Assembly (NCBI RefSeq): GCF_003704095.1
Contig: NW_020845410.1
Coordinates: 496,001 to 560,000 of the forward strand
Direction of reading: 5' to 3'
From: Pocillopora damicornis
Lineage: Eukaryota
DNA length: 64,000 nucleotides
Shown here: positions 13,361 through 27,900 of the stretch, one piece after another
How the letters are laid out: every line of letters starts with the position of its first letter
How positions within the stretch are numbered: position 1 is the first letter of the stretch
Notes under the pieces: generated by a model
What the model was told of the DNA's origin: nothing
The model's database searches: none
The model's input: the letters and a program-made list of their open reading frames with translations, nothing else
Program-made: the position numbers and the translations under genes

Positions 13361-15383
13361 TCAAAGGACTACAAAGTCTGGGTCAAATCCTTCGTGTGAT
13401 TTATTTACTCGGCTTAATGGTCTGCTGGTTTCCAGGATGGACTCAGGTGGCAAGGTGTTTCCTGTAATAGTCTTGGGAAGTAATTCCGAAGGTAACAGCA
13501 GATACTTCTTGAAAATATGCCGACCACTAAAAAAAAGAAACTATGAAAGATAGTTTTAAAAAAAAGTTATGGATATTGACCTGCGGAGTAATTTTCACAG
13601 AGTTTTCGCAAACTTCGGCAAACCGTCAAGAAACTGTCTAGCGAAGAACAAGTAGAAACGGTCATGGACTCAAGCAGCCAATATACCAAGAAACAGTTGA
13701 AAAAAGAGCAAAATAGAGGCAAGCTGAAATGAGCCAGAAATTGAGAGTAATAAAAATTATCGAGATGAAAGAAAAGCAATTGTAACACTGTAGCTTATGA
13801 ACCTTAACACCGTCAAACCTCAAACATTCAACTATTCATCTCTACCCTTATTTCTATTCAAACCGTCTTTGCATTGATTTGAGCACGGATACAGAGTTCT
13901 GTATTTCTTACAGATTGCTATAGTGTTGGCACCTTGTTCCAGCCCTTTCTTCATTGCAATCGAGTCAGGGCGCTACTTACTGATGCAACCATGCAACGGT
14001 AGCTCGAAAATGCATACAGGACGCACAGGCATCAGCCGGCCACTCACACCACTTAAAAATGGATTCCACGTTGCTGTGCGTCTGTTCAATGATAGATCAC
14101 AGATGACGTCAAACTGAGTTAAGAACCGAAACGTGGCAAACGAGGCGCAGCTAAGTGTGTCAGTAATGTATTTATTGCATTTAGACGTCATCTGTAGTCT
14201 ATTACGTTAGGGAAACATGGAATCTATTTGTTTTAGAAGGTAAAAAAACAAAATGTAGTTAATAAAGACGCCATCTATGCGTTTGACCTCCAATAGATCA
14301 AAGTTAAAGTAATGGGCTCCTGGCAAGAACCAATTAAGAGGCATCGGTGTATAATTCAGCGTATCATATCACGTATAAATCATCATATCTTAACCATGTC
14401 TCTAAGCCTTTAATGTAGAGAATGGAAACTATATTCTTCTTCACTTTGCAATATATTTTGGGGAGGTTCGAACCGCAGGTAAAAATAGCATCGCCTCCCC
14501 TCCCCCCACAGTCATACCTTAGACGCCTTGGAAATTATATTCTTGCCCCCTTTGCAATATATCTCAGAGCACTTCGAACCGTAGGGGAAAATAGCATCGG
14601 CCTCCTCCTCATCCCCCTTCCCCTCCCCCCACGATCATTCCTTAGACCCCTTTTACTCTGCTCTTTTTTCTTAACAGGATCACGCACAGAATCGCGTGAG
14701 AAAGATAATTGATGTCTTCTCCTAATTAATCAGAAGACCTGTTCCACTTCAACTGTGTTTTTAGTCACGTATACTGATGTTTACTAAAGTGAATAATTCC
14801 GGGTCCAAGTTAGAGGCTGACACAATTAAAAAATATATCGAAAATCGTCGAAAAAAAGAAGAATAAAGAGAAAGAACATTTTTTTTTTGTTTTTCAAGAA
14901 TGTATAAGAAAAAGGAGTGCGTTGTAATCGTCAGAAATGACTGATATATATTTGAGGGACGAAAATATAGAGGATATTACGCAGGGGAAGGAGATTTGAA
15001 TTTTATGTTTGAGTGACAAGAACAATATCTCGTGATTGTTCCCGGATGTCGTGGTCGTATTGAAAACACTCGTACCTTGAGTCGTTACGCGTTCATTTAA
15101 ATTTTTTTAACACTGAAAACGTCCCCAGATACGAGAAAAAAAAATGGCAAAAATTACCTAAGCAACCGAATTAAAACTTACTCCACTGCAAACTTTCTTG
15201 GCTAATAGAGCAGTAAATTGCTTTCATTGATCTTATTCCACATCTTTTCAACATGCCCATCAAGACGGCTTCTGTAAGGCTCTCAAATATACACCTGTTT
15301 ATATTTACATGCACTGAATCTTTCTCCTTTGTTAAAGTTACCCTCAAATTAAGAAGAATTACCTCGAGTAAGTGGGTTGATTT
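13361..15383 (-). CDS. Possible unannotated small-exon gene, 5' end not identified
   Basis: Phase-compatible candidate exons 15363-15383, ~15182-15271, 14739-14773 (weak donor), 13981-14081, 13361-13526 read EINPLTREAVLMGMLKRCGIRSMKAIY...SIFKWCEWPADACASCMHFRATVAWLHHGRHIFKKYLLLPSELLP...DPDFVVL*. Most have good pyrimidine tracts and GTAAG/GTAAT donors. No homolog recognised. Confidence 0.35.
14444..14650. repeat. Two-copy imperfect direct repeat (~105-bp period)
   Basis: TTTGCAATATAT...TTCGAACCG...AAAATAGCATCG...C-rich...CCTTAGAC occurs at about 14444-14528 and 14551-14650. Confidence 0.8.
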
Positions 15384-16644
15384 CTGTTTTGTTAGAATTT
15401 TTAAAATAACTGGGCTCAAGGGCCGTTATCAAACACTGGTCCAATTGAGAATTGAATAATTTAGGTGATTACTCAAGAAAAATATTATATCGAACCATAA
15501 AGGAAAGAGATATGTCACCATGTAAATGAAACTGAAAGTCCTGAGACATAAAATTCCGTGGCACACTCAAAATTCTTAAAACATTGCCCTAAAAACATAT
15601 CTGTGTTTTACCTATGTGTTTTCCTACTAACACACGTTAAACAGGTGTTACGGCAGCTGTTGTTTTAAAATAAAGTTTATATATTTCTTTAAAAGTGAAG
15701 AAATATTTTCTTGATATAAAGATCGACAGTGCAGAGCCACACGAATATCTTAAATCAAGAGCCCCGTTCCCCGAATATATTTGAATTGTTTCCTGAGTAT
15801 TCCGATCTCGCTGGTTAATCGATTAATTTTTGCTGACATTTTTTGATAAGACATTATTTCCGCTCTTCATTTTAAATATTGCTCAATTTTTCAATTGACC
15901 TAATTTTCCTTTTTGCTTAATTAATTGGTGGAAGTTTCATCCAGGTTTTTCTGGAACGCCATTTCTAAACTGGCTTTCTTTAATTTCCACTGAGGGATGC
16001 ACAAAAGATATGCAGAAATGACGTAGTGTAGCTATGCTAATATAACGATCTACAGAACATTAACTTGTAATAAATCTGAATGTTAAGGTCTGAATAATCA
16101 ACCTTGTATAATATTAGCCTTTTTTTTCTTTTTTTTTTTTGATAATGGAAGGCCTTTATCTGCATGCTCTTGATCTGTACATTATTGTTTGATCAGCTTT
16201 AAGGTCCCGGGGTCCGTTTGTAGTGATGTGGCAGCAATGTTTTCAATTAAAAATAAAATCTCTACGTCAGTGTGAACTGCCAAAATTAAAAATTGTATCA
16301 GAAAACACATGCACAGATAAGTAACCTGGAGACGATGCAGCCTAAATGAGTTTGTAAAGCAACGAATAATTTATCTCATGAAGAAATTACATGATGAAGT
16401 GGTAGGATGTCTTAGTGATATTTTGAATCTCGAAAAATGCAGAATATTTATTATAATCAAAGCTGTCGACTACAGGGTCGGGTGGGAAGGTAGAATGTGT
16501 GGCTTATTACCCACAGGTCACTTCGATCTATCACTATTGTAAACTGGTCAACACGGCCATATTGGCTAAACAGGAAAGGAGTTAATGGTACTTTTCTCGT
16601 GACCGGCCGTCATCTCTGCTTTTTTAGTTCTTTTTCGGTTGAAA

Positions 16645-18909
<2,265 letters not shown>

Positions 18910-21900
18910 AGGACTCTGGGTAAATGTAGGTAGGATTCATCTGGTGCATAAAATCACTTTTCACAGACATTTGTTGCTTGAAGGAGTTCTGCCATGATAT
19001 TTCAATCTATTATCTCCATCACACAATATTGCCTTCAGTATCAGAGAAGTCACAAAATATCAGTGTGATGAAATAGAAAAATACATATATGGGAAGAGTA
19101 ATGGATCATGAACAAGGATGGTGAAACCAGGTAATCTCCTGTACATGCTCAGCATAAACTTTTGATTGGGCACAAACCATGGCATAACTCCTTGAAGTAA
19201 GCAACTCGGAGAACATGGAAATGTGCTCAAGCCATTCTCTTTTTTTTCTTTCATTTAGGTATTCATTCATTGTTTCAAAATTAGTGTAGGATAACTGGGT
19301 TGCATTATAATTCCTTACCCAAAGCTGAGTACTCTTGAACATGAAAAGCTGTTTGCTCTCTTTGTGTCCTCTGTCAAAGGGCTTATATACACACAAGTAA
19401 TGAACACTTTCTTGTTGGTCTAGGATTAGTCATGTAAGGTAGTTGAAGGTACAGTTGAGGACAGTAATTATGGCCAAAGGAATGGATTTTAAGAAAGGAA
19501 TTGAGTGTTTTTTAGTCTTGTGTTGTTTCTGTTTATTATGAAATTCTAGCATACTTCATGGATGTTTGAAATGATTAATTTGGATATTTCTCAGAAAAAG
19601 TATACACATCAGGGAATTTGTGTAATGTTTCATATATAAGCTGAACAATCATGATTGAAGTATTGTTATTTTTAATACTATTAATTGTAAAAATACATTG
19701 TTCATACTAATTAATACCTAATAAATAGCTGAGTAATATCGTATTTAGCTCTTCCTGTATACATTCAAAGCCAGTGGGGAATAATTTAAAGGGAACATTG
19801 TAATTATTATACCTGAGATCATTAACAAGCAACAGAGTAGCAGCATTTCTGTTTTACCCTGTTGGTGATAGGTATTCAGGATAGCTGGTATGTAGTTTGT
19901 TATTAGAATATGAGGACAGAGAGGAGATTCAGATGGGCTTGTTAAAGGGAAAGCTATGAAATATAGAGTGTATATGTCTGGAAGAGGTTTGATCCATAAG
20001 AGTACAAAGCAATTGCCTTCTAAAAATTCTCCTTCCCCTACAGAAACTCTCTTCTGCCACAGAAATTGTGGAAGAGCACTGTAGAATTGGCATATTTATG
20101 TCTGGAAATTATGACTTGAACTTGATAGAAACCTTCACATTACTGATTTTTTGACAGATGTAAAGACCCAGAGAATGGCTTTTTCGTTTTGCATTCTTAA
20201 ATATCATCGCTTCAAGAAACCGTTGATGTTCTGGCCAAGTTTTTGGAAAACCATAAGAGTTTTCAGTCATTTTGATATCTGTTAGAGAAGAGCTAACCGT
20301 AATCAATAACTACAGTATTGTTAGCTGTCCCTAACTATTAAGCTGTTGAATTGGTGTCTTAGGATTTAAGTCAGCCAAGTACTAACCTTGATAAGAACAA
20401 AAAATATTATAGTAGAATTCTTGCAAAAAATTAAAGACTTTTTGTCTTTGCCAGACTTCTAAAGGTTATTCCTTGTGGATTTATCCAGTAGAAGAAAAAG
20501 TAAATGTTGATTTCTCTTCACCAGTCCTGGGAAGAGTTATGTAACTTTGTAGCCTGTGAAAAGAGATGCATTCCTTCTCTAATAGGTTGGCATGCAGAGC
20601 AGGAGCAGTTTTGGTGAGCAAATGCATGTCACTATCGAGGTGAAGTTGGTAGCTTGCCATCTTATGAAGTTTTACAACGGTAAAAGGCTGTGGAGAGAAA
20701 GAAACTTGTACCAAGGGGGTGAGTGATGGTCAAAAGGAAAGAGAGCAAAGGGGAAGGGCCAAATGCTGGGGGAGCGGGGGTAACCTGGCAAGGGAGATAA
20801 GCTCAAGCTGAATGACAAAGTCTTTTGTCAAGGGAAATTTTTCCCTTGCTTATCCTGGAAGAATCACAGTTAGGATGTCAGGCTTGATCAGCCTCCTAAA
20901 GGAACACAACCATAATCACGAATACAAAATCTAAAAAATTAAATAATTTTATTTACAGCTATTCATTGATAAGATGTACAATATTTGGCACAGATGAAAT
21001 GCTTGTACCCAGCACAAACCATTAGTTGATCATAATATAAATTTCTCTCTCACAGATTATATTATTACTGAAATGACCAATGAAATAACGAGGTAACACT
21101 TTAGTCCGAATAAATTATAACTACATGAATGCTTTGAGAACTAATGTAAAAAGTGCTACCTTTTCTTTCAAAAGCACGTTGACATGTATCCATCTGATTG
21201 CATATGGTTGGGCGCTTCTCTCAGAAAGTATATACAATTGAAATTAGTCCTATCGTGTTGTTAAGACATTTATAAAAATTACGAAGATCTCACATGGTAA
21301 ATTTTTTATTGGAATCAGCGAAAGTCGACATTTAAATTACAGTAAAACAAATAAATTGTTGACTTTGTATCGATTAGATTTTCAGTACTAAATGCAGTAG
21401 AATTTTACCTCTTACTCTAATGTCACGGCAAAACGTTTCACCCAAACAACCTACCAGCAACGACGTGCATATGCACCCACTTAGGCGCGATATAGGTAAG
21501 CTTGGTGATTGGTTAAAAATATCTGAACTGCTGGAATCAATCAAAGCCAGAACGTTTCCCAGCCAATCAGGTTCTGAAATAGATTGCTTTTCAATGGAGT
21601 GTGGTGAACCAAATCATACGCTATCAAAACTACCAATCAGATTAAGGTGAACAGTGCCATAAACCTTGTGGTAGGCATGAAGCACGAATAAAACTCGAGC
21701 AAAACAAGTTGGTTTTCGTTTTGAATCTGATTGTTTGAGAGGTTGGCGGGAGTTTTCTGGACCAAACAGGCAAGCGAGGTGAGGTTAACTTATGGTATTT
21801 CAGATTAATTTTGGTAATCAATTAAATAATGTTGTTGAGTTCAATTGTGAACAAGGATTCTTCTCTTTTCGCGCACTAGGCGCGTCTTGTAATTTCTGAC

Positions 21901-21979
21901 CGTGCGGTTTGTTTGATTCTTTCCCGCATTCGTGCTACGATTGGCCAGCTGTGTAAATAAATAACAGCCACGCCTTGTG

Positions 21980-24900
21980 TTATTTCCGTCTTATCTTCAT
22001 AACTACGGGTCCGTATGGCAATTTTCTAATCAGCTCAAGTACATCCACATTCGCCATGTATGCAACCTTTTGTCCATTCACTTCAATGATTTCGTCCCCA
22101 GGCTTCAGAGCACCACTCCGCCCGGCCACGCTTTCCTTGAACACATACCTCACATGAATCGGAGCATCACCATAGAGCGAATCCTGACCCCCACCCAAAG
22201 AGAACCCTAATCCAGAGGCCCCCTTTTCGAGCGTTAATTCGGTCACAGAGGGCCCATGAGGCACTTTTTGCAGTCTTATCGGTCCACCATTGGAGAAGAA
22301 TCTCTTCTTTAGACGATCGAAGGTGGAGTGTTCTCCATTATGTTTCACCACATCTAATGGAATTTTCTCTAGGGTTGGCGGTGTGGTATTGTTTGAGTTG
22401 GCCATGTTTTTCTTCTTAGTCAATTCTTCCTTCGTAGGCCAAGCATCCGAATCAGAGGTAATTTCTTTGTTAGGACTTTTGTTTCGAAGAAGAGTCATCG
22501 TTTTAGATTGTTGTCTGTGTCCTAATGGCCGGCTTACTACAAGAGTAACCCGCTCAGGAGTGTTTTTGAGAAGAGTTAAGGCTTCTAAATTTGTCAATCC
22601 TTTGAAGGACTTGCCGTTGACAGACAATAGGATATCTCCCTTCTTGATATGTCCATTGTCAGCTGTGACACTGTTGGAGAGAATTTGCCGCACCTAAAAA
22701 AAAAGAGACGGTCGGAAAGAGCTCACGATTTTACTACCACATGGCTTATAGAGCTAACTTAAAGCACTCTAAGGTTCCAAAAAATTTAATTATCTCATTG
22801 ACAGTCCACCGTGTAACAAAGAATGACAACGACAAGGCTTTGTAAGCTCTAGCTCTAGCTCTAGCCGGCGCCCGCCAGCACGTCACTCGCACCGAGACAG
22901 GGAATAACGGAAGAGGGAAGGAATGAATTAAGACGGTAAAGTGTCACACTCTGCAAAAGGAGACATAGAAAAGAGTGGAGTATGGAAAAAGGTCGATAGA
23001 AGGCGGGCGTGAGGAAGGGAACACAGTAACGAGAAAAATAAGGAGATGAGGAGGAAGGAGTGCTGTAGGAAAAGAAGAACCAGAAGAGCCAGGGAAAAAA
23101 GAAGGAGAACGATAAGGCTGTTAGGGAGGAATTAGAAAACCATATGCGAGAATACAGAATTATAATAAACAAGGCGTTCATGAGGAAGCAACGAACAAAG
23201 GTTAACGTGTTATTCAGATTGGCAAACAAAAGTTTGCGAGTAAGAAACAAGAAAGTGCGAGATGAGAGGGGTGATACTGGGAACGACATTGATACTCACC
23301 ATGATGTCATCATGAGGTGTGTCCACTCCCCCAGTGACACTCAGTCCCAAGCCTGCACGGCCATTTTTCAAGAGTTCTACGGTAAACACCTTAGCGTCGT
23401 CACTGCTGACCGCCCAAGTGACGCTCTTAGTGACAGGTTTGACTTCCTCTTCATCCTCGGTTGTCGTGGAGTCATACTCACCAGGAATACCATCAATAAT
23501 AGTCACAGGAACGTCATCCTGACGAAGGGTCAGTGTCGGGCTCTCTGGCTCCAGGTAGGCGGGGATGTAGTCATCAGAATCATCAAACGAACCAGATGGA
23601 GAGGCTGGAGAGGAATCATTATTAAATGACGCCCCAAAGGACGAAAGGCTTATCAATGACTTAGGGCGTTGGCCCCTGTCAAGAGGTGGGCTTAGGGGCA
23701 GATCTGACGCAGTCTTTGAAATTGTGCTCGATTCACGGGCGGAGGATACGATAGGTTCTTCAGCATCTGGTACACGCCTTCCCTCTGCCACTAGTTCAAT
23801 ATTATCACTTCCATTATCCTTCTTTCTTGCCACAGTGAGTTTCACCAGGGGTGGTGTGTTCTTAAGAATGTTCAAAGCCTCACTATGAGTTACTCCCACA
23901 AGACAATTATCGTTGACCTGTAACAGTTGGTCTCCAACTCTGAGTCGGTTGCAGTTGGCGGCTGGAGAGTTGGGCTGAATATTTTTTATATACAGCATGC
24001 CTAGATGGGTGTCCAGACCTCCCACGACCATTAAGCCAATAGATTTCTGTTCTTTAAGAAGCTGTAATCAAGGAAAAATAAATCAATTAGCCATCTTCGC
24101 ATTGCTGATTTAAAAGATTGAACAAAGTTAGTGTCCGTCATTAAACAACGATTTCATTTCCCTAAGGTAATAGTTTTGCTTTATCACACACCAAGCATTT
24201 TCCACGTTCACAACACAAGAAAGAACGTAATTAAACCAATCCCTACTTTAAACTCGGAAGTAGTTAAAAGCCATTTTCGAGTTGTTGTTTCGACCCAAAA
24301 TTCACTCCTTCCATCCATTACCCTGTCACTCCTTCTTCCATTCCTGTTAACTTTTTGAAAATAAGATTTCGATCCACGTAACAGCAAAGATTACTTTTTG
24401 TGACAAATTTAACCTTTACAACAACGATACTCACCTGCACCTCTAGTATTCCTTCCTCAACATCCTCCTCCTGGTTCCTGCTGTCGATAAGCTGCTGAAG
24501 GTTTCCGGTGTGCCAGTAATCCGCCTGCCCAACTTTTCCTTCAGACGCTTGACCTGTGAGTGAGTCGGCAAGAAGCTGAGGTAAAGAGGACGACCTTCTA
24601 CGGAAAAAAGGAGGGGGACGCTTGGTAACAGGAGTTGATCGCTTCGTCTCCTCATCAATAATAGAGGGACGCTGCATAGGAACGTCTCCAGCGGAGAAAC
24701 TAGCACTTCTAGCCACTTTATTACCATGCAAAGGTTGGCCCGAATATTCTTGAGTCGAACTGCAAGTATCTTCCCATTCAGAGGAAACGTCTGAACTATC
24801 GAAGTCGTCGGTACTATGTGCATTCACCTCATGACTGACATTCTGTGTAACAACTGGTTCTGCTCCTTGTGACAATTGTGGATAATCATTGTATTCATTC

Positions 24901-27900
24901 AGGAGAATTTGTGAAGGTGATGGATCAGTGTTTTGTTCCCATATCTCAGGGTTATTCAAATCTTCATTTTTGTCAACTTCCTGAGCGTTCTGTCTTGACA
25001 GTGTAAGCTTGTAGGGGTTACCAGTAGTGTTCAGGTTCAGGTCAGTAGGGACTGGAGGTAACGGTTTGGTTTTTCGAGGCTCTTCATTGTGCAGTGCTGG
25101 CGCAACTACATCATAAGTGTCCTCTGCAGCACCCTGTTCCGCTGGAAATACGTCCTCTCGTTTTTTACTTTTACCGAGAACAGGAATTGGAGGTAAAGGT
25201 TTGGCAGTAGGTGCACCAGTTGTTCTTGGCAGGTCTTCGTTTCCACAATCAATGCTCTTGTTTTGAACAAGCAAATCTATGGGCGGAGGTGCTGGCTTAA
25301 AATTAGGAGGACCCGGGGATACGGGAGAATCTGATGTTTCATCTCCTGTGGTATCATTCTGTACAGTGGCTGGCTTCAAAGATAAAGGCGGTGGGGGAGG
25401 TTTGAATCTAGGAGGACCCGGTGAATTGGGACAATGTGGTGCTGTACTAAAGTCGTCCTTCTCAGCAAGGCTTGAACTGGCTTGTACTGCCAGCGGAGGT
25501 GGTACAGCCTTAAAATTTGGTGGACCAGGCGATGGCAAAACATTACTGTCCTCAATGGCTTTACCTTCAGTGTCAGAGTCAAGATCCTCAGTTATTAATG
25601 GTGACGTTTTCATTCTTTCTTTGCTAATTTTCTGTTTAAGTTCGTCCATAGTTTCTTGTTGTTGTCTACTGTGGGTACCGACAGACTTCAGGAAAGTGGG
25701 CTTTTTTGGAACAGGAGGTTTATAAGGAGATTTCGTTGGCAAGTTATCTTTGACGGCTTTACGCTCCTCATATTCAGCTGTTATCAAGGCGCTAGTGTTC
25801 GGTTGTTTTTCACGTTTCGGGGAAGGTGGCCTGTTTGCAAGGGATGTATCCACACCCGCATAAACATGAGATTCCGTCACATCATCATCGTCAGTGAACA
25901 AACTTACACCTTCAATATCAATTTCATATTCCTTCTCTTCATGATCCAAATCAGCATTCTCACTACAAGATTCATCTTGTTCTATTGAACTGCCATCTTC
26001 AGCTTGTTGAAAATTTATTTCATTTGTCGCCACTTCAGGCCTCATGTCTTCGTCTTTTGTTGTCAACACACCAAATTTGTTGTTGTTGTTCCTTTCTACA
26101 TAGTTTTTCATCTGTGTGGATAGATCACTTGATTTAAAAGTAAATGGCAATGTTTGTGAGAGAAATTTAGTTTCATTGAATATTGGTTTTTCAACGTCTT
26201 CATGAACCGGGTCTTTTACCCCAGCATCTTTCTTTTGTTTACCCAAAGGATCCTTTTTTGTCGTCGGTGGAGGGAGAGGTGGACTGGACCTCCTTGATCT
26301 GGAAAATAATCCTCTTGGAGGTGACACAGATCGACTCCTGTTCTCTCCATCCTTTGGCTTATCTCGGTTCTTGCTTCTACTTCTACTGCGAAAGCCAAAC
26401 AGCTTCTTGGTCCAGGATCGCGATCTTTCACGTCCGACAGGATTGGCGTCAAATGAGGTGTCCGGTGATTGCAGATGGTCGGGATCAGCTTTTTTGTCCT
26501 TACCTTTATGACCTCTTGAGAACAGTTTCTTCGATGTTTTCTCCTTCACTGGAGACGATAGTCTTTCTTGTTCTTTCTTGAGTTTCTGCGTTGATTCTTG
26601 TGGCGGAGAAGTTGCTCTAAGTTTAACATCAGGCTTAGAGGGAAGCACAGGTATACCCCCTGGAAGTGATTTTCGAGGGGCGCCACTCGTCTTACCAGGA
26701 GGTCTTGAAGGGATAGGAGGAGCTGGCCTCCTTTGCTTAGTGAAATTCTCTGCCGAATCTTCACCTTTAGTTGGTTGCTTGAGTAGCCTATCTTTTGGTT
26801 TGAAATGTGTTGCGTTGCTTTCTGTTCGCCCTTTCAAATCAAGTGGAGGATAATGAAGTTCTGACTCTGGATTTGCTTCTGTCGAATTGATCGACGAACT
26901 TAAGTTCATGGGTTCCAAATCAGGTATTCCACCAGAGCCCGTGTCTGAAGATTCCTCTAGTGATGAAAAGGCGATGTTGGTCTGGCCTAGGCCTTCTGTT
27001 GACATCATAGAATAGGTGTGGCCATGTGTCTCTTGTGACGTATTAACTGTTGATCCTTCCTTACTTTGTGAGGATTTTGTGTCCAGATTTGACATTTCCG
27101 TGGACAATGATGGTGGCTTGGAGGATGATGAGCTTCCTCCTTCACTGTCCTGCTCACTGCCAGAGTGTGACAAATCTTCTAAAGTCAATATCTGATCCAA
27201 GAAAGCAAGCTCTGCTTCTGCTGCTCCCGCCTCTGACCAAAGCTCCATTTCTGGAGGCAAAGGGGGTGGGGACATTGCATCAGACGAATCTGTGACCGCA
27301 ACTTCATCTTCACGAGGAGTAACATCTTGCTTCAAGGAACCGTCTGCTGCGTGGTCTGTCTCGTGTACAACAGGGAATTTAACGGACACGCCTCTAAATT
27401 CAGGTATGGATCCTTCAGCCTCCATCTCTATCACATTTCTTCGAAAAGACTTCTTCTTTTTCTTTGGAGAGGATTGAGATGCATTCACAGATGATGATTT
27501 GGCTTTATCTTCTTCAGAGGCTGAAAGCCCTGGACTGGTTTTAACTTTCACAGCTTGTAAACCATCTCCAAAACTTTCCAAACTTTCCATTGTGAGAGGT
27601 GAAATCCTCGGTGGAGGGGGGGCTGGGGGTAAGCTTTCCATGTCATCTTCGGGTGGCTCATCATGCGTCAATGAATGGGCTTGATTATCATCGCTTGAAG
27701 TTATAGGAGCAACAAAATCCACCTGACTTGGGTAAGCTGGCGATTCGTGGAGTTCATCGCCTTTACCAGAGGAACCAGATTGCTCCGATGTTTTGCTTCC
27801 TCTTTTTGATCTGATTGGCAAGGATAATGTCCTTTTCTTGGAATTCTTTCGTTCTGGTTTGACAGGGTGTGGTAGAGGACTGGTGATGTGTGTAAGTTGT

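Noticed and set aside
13415-13526. HORMA-like YLRxxFP (SICCYLRNYFP) in an alternative frame, tempting because HORMAD1 neighbours GOLPH3L in human
   Set aside because: Only a few residues match, the frame stops soon after, and no other HORMA segments are visible.
19800-20720. Short minus-strand ORFs between GOLPH3 and the PDZ gene
   Set aside because: Could not be joined into a consistent spliced frame, and no recognisable similarity.
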